Of a stretch of 64,000 nt of DNA, positions 53,926-64,000 are shown in pieces. Numbering within the stretch: the stretch's first letter is position 1; every line of letters starts with the position of its first letter. The stretch lies in NCBI RefSeq assembly GCF_009914755.1, contig NC_060927.1. The stretch is one strand, 5' to 3'. The position numbers and the translations under genes are program-made. This stretch comes from the human T2T-CHM13v2.0 reference genome, Homo sapiens. The notes below the pieces were generated by a model that searched no databases, was not told the DNA's origin, and was given only the letters and a program-made list of their open reading frames with translations.

Positions 53926-55534
53926 CATGTCAATCCCACTTTGTAAAAAATATTCTTTGGCTTGCAATTTTTTGCAGGACAAATACCATAGTCTTTAGCA
54001 AGTTATATATAATCATTTCAAATTGACTTCTACTTACTTTTCAAGCCTCATGTACATAAAAATCCACTCCCTAAACACTTCACTATCTATTCATATAAAA
54101 CTGCTTCTTGGTGTCAACAATGTCTGCTCTTTCATCACTTCCAGACTTTGCACATGTGATCTTCTCTTCCTGACATATCGTTAAGTTTTGCTACCCTTTC
54201 TAGACAGAATAAACTTAAAATTTCTTGCTACGACATTCAAATCCCTCTAAAACTGGTATTTCTCCTGCCTCGTCACCATGGCATTGCTTTCCAAACACGC
54301 TAGAAAACCTTCCTTACTTTTTTTTTAATGTTTCAGTGCAATAGTCACATGCATCATGAAGCATTGTGAGACTTTCTTATCCATATCCTTCAGGACTGAA
54401 TGAGTCACTTCAACCTCATCTCATGCAATGATTTTATATATTGCTGTCATGGCATTTATCCTGCATTACGGTAATCTGCATTAGAATGTGTGCTGTTAGG
54501 AATATGAAACATTGTCTAATTTGCTTCTTTGCATCTCTAATACTGTTGTTGGTTAGTTGAATGTTGAATCAATAAAGGAGGGAAGATAACATTTTTGTAT
54601 GTTTTTAAATTTATATGAAAATAAAACCAACTCTATGACAGGCTACTTTGCTGATTCAAGATTATTTGAAGCTCAACAGATTTTTATCTGCATACTTAGT
54701 ATATTTTGTATACTTTATACCTTAAATTATAATTGACAGTTGCGATCGAAATCCATTTTTGTAAACATTTTTATAAATAGTAGTAACAGAGCTAAATTTA
54801 AGTAGACAGAGAGAGTAATATATATAATCGTATTATATCCTTTTAAGAAAGAATGAATATTAAAGTATTTGGATAATGAAGCAATAGACAGAAAGTTGAG
54901 ACAGCTTTGAGATATTAATTACATTCAATTCAAACTCATGGAGAAAATGTTATGAGTAATATAAGCATACCATCAATGAGATTGTTGACTGCTTAATTAA
55001 AAAATATAGCAAATTATGTAATCTAGCTGGTCTTTTCTTCTCATGGGTAAAATGAAGAGGTGGGACAACTTAGGCTAAAATTATTCAAATGAATAAAAGT
55101 TTTTGTTAAAATTATTGCTTCCATCACTAACTTTTTGGCTCATCTCTGTTTTTTTTTTCCCCCTAAGAAAGCTACCACATCCAACTCCCTCACTATTTTG
55201 TTGTCCCTCTTTCTCCCATTAGGGTTCATGCAAAGTTCAAGATAGGCTGAGATTTGAATGTAAATGATTTGGAAAAGTAACCCTTTATTGTCTATTTGTT
55301 TTCCATTAGAATTGTCAAGATTCATGAAGTTAGAGCCTTTGTTTTCATTCACTTCTGTAGCTCCAGTTCCTAAAATAGTATGTGGTATGATATGGAAATT
55401 CAGTAAATCTTTATTGAATACATAAATATGTTAACTTCCAACTAATCTAGGTTTGAAACAATTTGGTTTTTTATTTGCAGCCAACTAGATATACATTTAA
55501 AGATTCTCCCAATAAAAGCAAATATACAATAGTA

Positions 55535-55825
55535 TTTTGTTTGTTTGTTTGAGACAGGGTCTCACTCTGTTTCCCAGGCTGGAGTGCATCAGCATGATCA
55601 TAGCTCATTGCAGCCTCAGATTCCTGGGCTTAAGCAATCCTCCTGCCAAAACGTCCCAAGTTGCTGAGACTATAGGTGTACTCCACCACACCCACCTTTT
55701 TAAAATTTGTTTTTAAAGAGGTGGGGTCTTGCCAAGGCTAGTTTTGAACTCCTGGACTCAAGCAGTTCTCACCCTTCAGCCTCCCAAAGTGTTGAGATTA
55801 CAGGCATGAGCTACAGCACCTGGCC
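55535..55825 (-). mobile_element. AluJ
   Basis: (TTTG)n tail, gagacagggtctcactctg, atcatagctcattgcagcctc, ends cacctggcc. Confidence 0.92.
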
Positions 55826-55940
55826 ATACAAGGACTTTTAAAATGCAAATTTTTGGTAAGTTTGCAATAAGGTAAGAATTCATCAAAGGCCTAAACAAAG
55901 TCAGGGTAGGAGACACAGGAGATAAGAAAGCTCAGTGACA

Positions 55941-56430
55941 GGCTAGGCACTGTGGCTCACACCTGTAATTCCAGCGCTTTGAGAGGCTGAGACTGGAGGA
56001 TTGCTTGAGCCCAGGTGTTCAAGACCAGCCTAAGCAACATGGCAAGACCTTGTCTCTACAATTCTTTTAATTAGCCAGCATTGTGGCATGCCTGTGGTCC
56101 TTGTTACTTGGGAGGCTGAAGCAGGAGGATTTCTTAAGCCCAGGAAGTTGAGGCTGCAGTGAGCTGTGCTTGTGCCACCGTATTCCAACCTGGGGGACAG
56201 AGTGATACAAGAAGGAGAAGAAAGAAAGAAAGAAGAAAGAAAGGAAGAAAGGAAAGAAAGGAAAGAAAAGAAAGAAGGATGGATGGAAAGAAGAAAGAAA
56301 AGGAAAGAAAGAAGGAAAAGGAAAGAAGGAAAGAAAAGAAAGAAAAAGAAAGAAAGAGAAAGAAGGAAAGAAAGAAAGAAAGAAGGACAGGAAGGAAGGA
56401 AGAAAGAAAGAAAAAGAAAGAAAGAAAGGC
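55941..56430 (+). mobile_element. AluJ with its tail expanded into a ~220-bp (GAAA/GGAA)n tract
   Basis: Alu body 55941-~56210, purine tract to 56430; approximate TSD aagctcagtgaca (55928-55940) / aagctcaaggaca (56431-56443). Confidence 0.92.
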
Positions 56431-56909
56431 AAGCTCAAGGACAACTTTTATCCAGAGAGATTTTGAAGACTGCATAGAAAGATCTCTTGATGTTTAGGTG
56501 GAAACCCAAATAGGGACATCAACATAAAGCTGGCACTTAAAATGATTATGTCTTTAACAAAAGTGTGAGTGAGAAAAAAACTCAATTTGCAGAAATTAGT
56601 AACAACAAAAACTTGCATTATTTGACTTTAACAGAATGTTGAGGAAAGAAAACATATTTACCTGAACATTCACAAACACAAGTTGGCTTTCATGTGAATA
56701 CATAACTCAGATTAACACATCTGCATGATCTAACATAGCATAAGCACAGAGTTATGTTCACAATGGTCCCAGGTTGACGGTGCCCCCAGTCACCTACCAA
56801 AGCAAACACTAATTCTCTGAAACAAATACAATTTCAACCTAGACCTTAAAACTTCCCACAATTTCTTAGAATATGAATATTCTTAGAATATGAATCTGTA
56901 GCCTAAAGT

Positions 56910-56912
<3 letters not shown>

Positions 56913-56945
<33 letters not shown>
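56913..56945. repeat. (AC)n microsatellite
   Basis: Read directly. Confidence 0.95.
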
Positions 56946-56947
<2 letters not shown>

Positions 56948-57147
56948 TAGGCACAATTAGTGAGACTCAATAGAGAAGAGAAACCCATACAAGTCAGACC
57001 TGCAATTATATCAGGTACTGAAATACAAAATATATGACAGAATATTTAGAATATATGTTAATATGTTTCTATAAAAAAGACAGGCTTGGACAAGTGAAAT
57101 AGTGTAAGTAATAACAAAGAAAACTAAAAAACACTTCTGTTTAAGAA

Positions 57148-57451
57148 TTATTATTATTATTTTTATATGAGACAGGGTCTTGCTCTGTCTCCCAGGCTAG
57201 AGTGCAATGACGTGATCACGGCTCACTGCATCCTCTATATCCCAACTCAAGCAATCCTCCCACCTCTGCCCCTGGAGTAGCTGGGACCACAGGTACACGC
57301 CACCATGCCCAACTAACTTTTTTACTTTCTATAGCAGCATGTTCTCACTATGTTGCCGAGGCTGATCTTAAACTCCTGGGCTCAAGGGATCCTCCAACCT
57401 CAGCCTCCCAAAGTGCTGAGATTACAGGTTTATAAGATACCATGCTCAACC
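57148..57451 (-). mobile_element. AluJ
   Basis: (ATT)n tail, gagacagggtcttgctctg, ctcctgggctcaagggatcctcc; flanks share aaaaaacac..ttct. Confidence 0.9.
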
Positions 57452-58341
57452 AAAAAACACACTTCTAAAATAAAAAGTAGATAAAATTTAAAACATTATA
57501 AATGGAATTTAATATAATATGAATACAATTTAAAACCCAGTGTATGATTAAATAAGAGATTAAACACAGCTGAAGAAAAATCTAGAAAATAGATCTCAAT
57601 AGACAATTCAAAATACAGTGAAGAGAAACAATGGGAAAATGTGAAAAAGAAGTTAAGAGACATGAAGACCAGAGTAAGTTGGTCTAGCATACCTTTATTT
57701 GGAGATATCTCAGAAGGAGATTACATAGAAAATTTGAGAGAGAGGCAATGATAAAAAAAATTGCTGTTAAATTTTCAGAATCGCTATGAAGTATTACTTC
57801 TATGTTTTACAAAAACTATTATCATCAAATGGAAAAAGTAATAGTAACACCGATTAACTTAGAGCATGGGGAAATTTTGGAATACCAGAGGCAAGGAGAT
57901 TATCTCATTATATAAATAAAAAAGAAATTATACACATAAAAAATGATTAAACTTAGATCTGAATTCTCAACAGTAATATATTAATATATTTAAATTAGAG
58001 TGCTTGCATAAAAATTTTGGAATGACACATCAAGCTATTAACAGCAATTACCACCAGCGAATAGGATTAGGGTAGGGGGGAGTTTCTCCTGATTTTATGG
58101 ACTTCTGCAAATCTTTTACTTTTTCGCCAACTAAAACCTTTGTCTTGTGGATTTTTAAAAAGTAAGTACCCTTTTCAAATTTAAGGAAATAAAATGTTAT
58201 ATTTACCTAGTGGAGTGATATGCAGCATATAAAATAAACAGATCTCTCTATCCTACTATGGGAAGATATTCAGTTTATTATTACATGAAAAAGCATGTTG
58301 CAGGATGGTGCACACTGGATGATCTAATTTCTATTTAAAAT

Positions 58342-59795
<1,454 letters not shown>

Positions 59796-59816
59796 TACAA
59801 GTGAGCAAAACAAGTA

Positions 59817-60257
59817 TGGTATGGTTCGAATACCATTTATTTATCCCCACCAAAACTCATGTTGAAATTTGATTCCCAGTTGGGAGGTGTTGGGAGATGG
59901 GGCCTAGTAGGGGGTGTTTTGATTATGGGACAAGATCCCTCATAAATCACTTGGTGCTGTTCTGGAGGTAGTGAGTGAGTTCTTGTTTTGTCAAGACTGG
60001 ATTGGTTCTAGAGGGAATAGAGAGTGGGTTGTTATAAAGCCAGGATGGCCCTCATGTTTTACTGTCTTCACATGTATCTGCTTACTTTTTGACTTTCTTC
60101 AATGTGTTGTGACATAGTGCAAAAGCCTTTGCCAAATGCCAGAGCCATGCCCTTGAACTTCTCAGCCTGCAGAACCGTGAGCTAAATACATCTCTTTTCT
60201 TTATAAATTACTCAGTCTCAAGTATTATTTTATAGGAGTACAAAACAGACTAAGACA
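59817..60257 (+). mobile_element. MSTB-type MaLR solo LTR
   Basis: ccccaccaaaactcatgttgaaatttga, agtgagtgagttct, cagcctgcagaaccgtgagc, ends cagactaagaca. Confidence 0.88.
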
Positions 60258-60283
60258 AATGGTTACTAAGACCAGAAAAATAA

Positions 60284-60603
60284 GCCTCCCTTATCTGTGA
60301 GAGATATGTTCCAAGATCCTCAGTAGATGCCTGAAACCCTGCATAGTACTAAACCCTATATAAACCATGTTTTTTTCTATATATTCATATATACATAAGA
60401 TAAAGTTTAATTTATAAATTAGGCACAGTAAGAGATTAACAGCAATAACTAATAATAAAATAGAACAACTATTATAATAACATTTATATGCATATAATAT
60501 GTCTTTCTTTCTCTCCCAAAATACTGTAATATTTTGGGGCCATGATTGACGTAGGGTAACTGAAACCTTGGAAAGTGAATCCATGGAAAATGGGAAACTA
60601 CTG
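60284..60603 (-). mobile_element. MER44A-like (Tigger7-derived) MITE
   Basis: cccttatctgtg...ttccaagatcc at one end and ggtaactgaaacc..ggaaagtgaatccatgga...actactg-TA at the other. Confidence 0.8.
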
Positions 60604-60700
60604 TATATATACACTTCGTAAATCCCAGTGTCTTTGTTCTTGAGCCTGGGGGTATTTCTTATAAATCAGGATTTGGGATTTAGTGTTCAGATTCTGATAA

Positions 60701-60705
<5 letters not shown>

Positions 60706-60734
<29 letters not shown>
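60706..60734. repeat. (TG)n microsatellite
   Basis: Read directly. Confidence 0.95.
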
Positions 60735-60739
<5 letters not shown>

Positions 60740-62340
60740 ACCCAAAGTGAGGACCTATACAAATAGGAGCAGTTCACAGTTTTGGCTTCTGAGTAAGATT
60801 GATGACAATAATAAATATAGAAAATGGTAGATTTCATGCTTGAAAGAGTAAAAAAAAAACCAACCCATTTTTAAAAAGCGAAAACAGTGTATGTAAAAGA
60901 TTTGAGCCAAAGTCAAGCATCAAGCAACCAAAAAGTTACAAGTAATTTGAACTCTGCAGAACCAGATAGGCTTCACATGGGAACAATCCTGTTTCACTTA
61001 AAACAGATACACAATCAGCCAAGAACATCATCGGCTCAAAGAATTAGAGCCTTCTTGGTCATGTTCAAGCTGACATCACCAGTAGAGTAAATCTGGAGTA
61101 AACAAAACAGGTTTCTTTCTAAATATGGTGCAAATAAGGTTGGACTGAGACATGAGGCCTGGCTCTGCTTCGGACAAGTTTATTCTCCTGTCTAGACCAC
61201 ACTGTTTATTTCTATGTAAAGTTAGAAGCTTAAAATAAAGTTTAGGCAGTGAAAATATGAACTGAAGGATAAACACGGCCTGTCCACCTTAGGATAAGGA
61301 TCACCTGATATTTTTAGCACAACTTACAACTTTTAACTTGCTAATATAGTTTATTTATTATGAGGGCCTGAAATGATTAAGCGTGTAAGTGTTAAACTGC
61401 TTCTGGAAAGTGAGAGGAAGAAAAAAAGAGCTGTTGAGGCTTTCTCAAGGAATTGTCTTCTCTGCAATGGGAGATATATTTTCATTTCTGCGTGCCAAGC
61501 CTGAGGAGACTTGTCCCAGAAAAAAAAAATATAGTTTAAAAAGCCTGTTTTGTTTCACATTACAAGTAGGATGCTGATTTTGCAATGAAAAGGCAGAAAA
61601 GCAGTGGTCAGCTTGGAGCAATAAAGAACCATATATCCTAAATCTTTCCAAAAGGATGACATTATATATTAACAGAAACATTTTACCATTTGTAATTTGG
61701 TGTTAAATTACAGAAATGGGTGAAAATGATTGATCAGGTGACCCAATAATACAACCTTAGATTTTAAAAATTGCTTTTCCTGTTACATATCAAAAGCTTA
61801 AGAAAGAAAAATACTTTCCTAATAATTTTTAGCTAAACCTAGAAGACTGGATTAATTTTGAACATTTCAATAACATCTTCTATTTCAATGATTTTAGAAA
61901 ATTTGACTTCATGGGTATTATGTTGCTTCTTTAAATTCAGCTATTTTTTGCAGGTCAAAAAGAAAATCAAAGCCTTAAGGAACAACTTGGTCCTTGGGCA
62001 TATATATATTTTTTTTAATCTTTCTTGTGTGGAATGCAAGAAAGAATTCTATTACTTTTGAACCAGCTCATACTAATTTCACAACCTCCTGCTCTGGCAT
62101 GTCTAAAGAAATGGTTTCATTAGATAGAAAGAGCAACTTATGCAACTAATCACATAAGACTTATTCCTAAGATATGGTTGGGGATGGGAGGGTGAACTCC
62201 TCAAACTTTTAAACCCCTTTAAAGTAATCAAAGAAAGTATGTTGAACTCTTGCTCTCCTTCGTTGAGGGGCCTCTTGAGGAAATGCCTTTATTTTCTTCA
62301 TTTGTTTAAAATGAAGTTTGAAAAATGTGTACTTTTTTAA

Positions 62341-62743
62341 ATTTGGAAATAATTTTAAACTTACAACTTATTTGGAAATAATTTTAAACTTACAACTTAT
62401 TTGGAAATAATTTTAAACTTAAAATTTATTTGGAAATAATTTTAAACTTAAAACTTATTTGGAAATAATTTTAAACTTAAAACTTATTTGGAAATAATTT
62501 TAAACTTAAAACTTACTTGGAAATAATTTTAAACTTAAAACTTACTTGGAAATAATTTTAAACTTAAAACTTACTTGGAAATAATTTTAAACTTAAAACT
62601 TACTTGGAAATAATTTTAAACTTAAAACTTATTTGGAAATAATTTTAAACTTAAAACTTATTTGGAAATAATTTTAAACTTAAAACTTATTTGGAAATAA
62701 TTTTAAACTTAAAACTTATTTGGAAATAATTTTAAACTTAAAA
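62341..62743. repeat. 29-bp minisatellite, 14 copies (last partial), consensus atttggaaataattttaaacttaaaactt
   Basis: Units start at 62341 and every 29 nt to 62718; no spacers. Confidence 0.97.
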
Positions 62744-62850
62744 AGTTGTAATAATAAGAAATAATTAAAAGAATATTCATATAACTTTTCCCTAGAGTCA
62801 CCTAATGTTAACATTTTATCTCATTTGCTTGATCAGTTTTTTTCTCTTTC
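62718..62850 (-). mobile_element. L1MC-type 3' end fragment
   Basis: ttggaaataattttaaacttaaaaagttg...cctagagtcacctaatgttaacattttatctcatttgcttgatca resembles the antisense L1MC4/5 3' terminus. Confidence 0.65.
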
Positions 62851-63267
62851 TTATGTACTTTCTCCTAGAATATACCTTATGTACCTGCTCAGGCTGAATG
62901 TATGTATTAGTGTGGAGGCAATGAAGGGAAGCAGAGGCATTCCTGATGAAAACAAAGATGATCTTTCAAGGCAAGTCCCTCAGTTGTCTGTGCAAGAACC
63001 CAGGGAACTGGAGGCATCTCTTCTGTTACAAGTGAGAGGAAATGGCTTCTTCTAGGCCAAAGGGCTCAGGAGAATCTGGAGGTCTAAGGTTCTAAGCTTA
63101 TCCAATCAAATGTCCCCACTGCAGTCTCATTCTTTTTCTATCCACGCCTTGCCTTTGACATAAGAGAACTTTAAAGGTTATACAATTAGTTTCCTCTGCA
63201 GCTTTGCTACCTTTGTAATTAATTAGAACTTGGGCCTCTGCCTTGTAGCTGCAAGAGATGAGGGTCT

Positions 63268-63535
63268 TTTGTTGTTGTTGTTGTTGTTTTTGAGACGGAA
63301 TCTCTCTCTGTCACCAGGCTAGAGTGTGCAGTGGCGTGATCTCAGCTCACTGCAACCTCTGACTCCTGGGTTCAAGTGATTCTCCTGCCTCATCCTCCCG
63401 AGTAGCTAGGACTACAGGCGCGCACAACCACGCCCAGCTAATTTTTGTATTTTTGTAGAGACGGGGTTTCACCAAGTTGGCCAGGGTGGTCTTGATCTCT
63501 TGACCTTGTGATCTGCTCGCCTCGGCCTCCCAAAG
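63268..63535 (-). mobile_element. AluSc-like, 5'-truncated
   Basis: (TTG)n tail, ctgtcaccaggct, gatctcttgacct; stops at cctcccaaag; TSD gagggtc(t/c)ttt on both sides. Confidence 0.92.
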
Positions 63536-64000
63536 AGGGTCCTTTTTAAATATTTGCCATGGAGGCTTTCTTATTTTTACAACATAATTACCTGAGTCTG
63601 TTGCTTTAATCTTGGATTTGAAGCTGTAAATAAAATCTGGTCAAATCACAATGTATAAAATTATTGTCACCTCTTTATGACTTAAACGCCACCACTTAAA
63701 ACTACCTCAGAAGCTTAAGCTTCACATTCTGTGTGTACCTTATCCCGGTTCCACTGGTAAAACTCTTAGTGAAGACAATAGTGTGGCATGCAGGGGTTGG
63801 CATCGCACACTTCCTAACAGCAACACGGTCCTTACTGCTGTCCGACTGATGAGTGTGTTAGTTGTAGAATCCCATCTTAATAGTAAGCTGTCTACAGTCT
63901 CTTCTGTTACTAGACAGGTAAGACTAGTTCCCTCCCAAATCAGGTGTGAAATAATGGCTTACTAAAGATAGTTTGTTTTTGGAAGTGATCCCAAGAGATA

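Larger units (their letters stand above)
56780..58000 (+). mobile_element. Old L1M 5'/ORF1-region fragment interrupted by (AC)n and an Alu
   Basis: agattaaacacagctgaagaaaaatc, gttaagagacatgaagaccagagtaag...ggtctagcatacc, cagaaggag; ORF1-like. Confidence 0.55.

Noticed and set aside
56067-56497. 100-125 aa ORFs rich in K/E/R or F/S/L (also 5547-5852)
   Set aside because: Translations of stop-free GA-rich microsatellite plus Alu sequence.
62341-62743. Regular 29-bp repeats resembling a CRISPR array
   Set aside because: Units are head-to-tail with no unique spacers, no cas genes are present and the context is primate; it is a minisatellite.
63846-63880. ctgatgag resembling a hammerhead ribozyme core (also near 37530)
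   Set aside because: No stem II followed by GAAA and no closing stems I/III could be built by eye.

Overview
AT-rich, repeat-dense primate (very likely human) non-coding DNA, judged from Alu J/S, L1PA, THE1, MST, MER4 and MER61 elements. I can support no intact protein-coding gene, and most ORF-track entries are Alu-, microsatellite- or LTR-derived noise. The main feature is a near full-length, disabled processed pseudogene of CCT6A (chaperonin subunit zeta; ~29047-31729, + strand). It retains 5'UTR, CDS, 3'UTR, AATAAA, a poly(A) remnant and a TSD, and it is inserted into the transposase region of a minus-strand Tigger1 that also carries an Alu. The rest is LINE (L1M, L1MA, L1PA, L2), SINE (Alu, MIR), LTR (MER4, MER34-group, MER61, MLT1A, MST, THE1, LTR16/ERVL) and DNA-transposon (Tigger1, Tigger3, MER44, Charlie) remnants, microsatellites and a 14-copy 29-bp minisatellite at 62341-62743. 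The most unusual signals are several local inverted copies that look like template-switch events, the L1-derived minisatellite, and a minus-strand segment near 37.5-37.9 kb that could be a cryptic exon or a very old Tc1/mariner-like relic. I found no convincing new biological system. Repeat subfamily names come from recalled consensus sequences and need RepeatMasker/Dfam confirmation.
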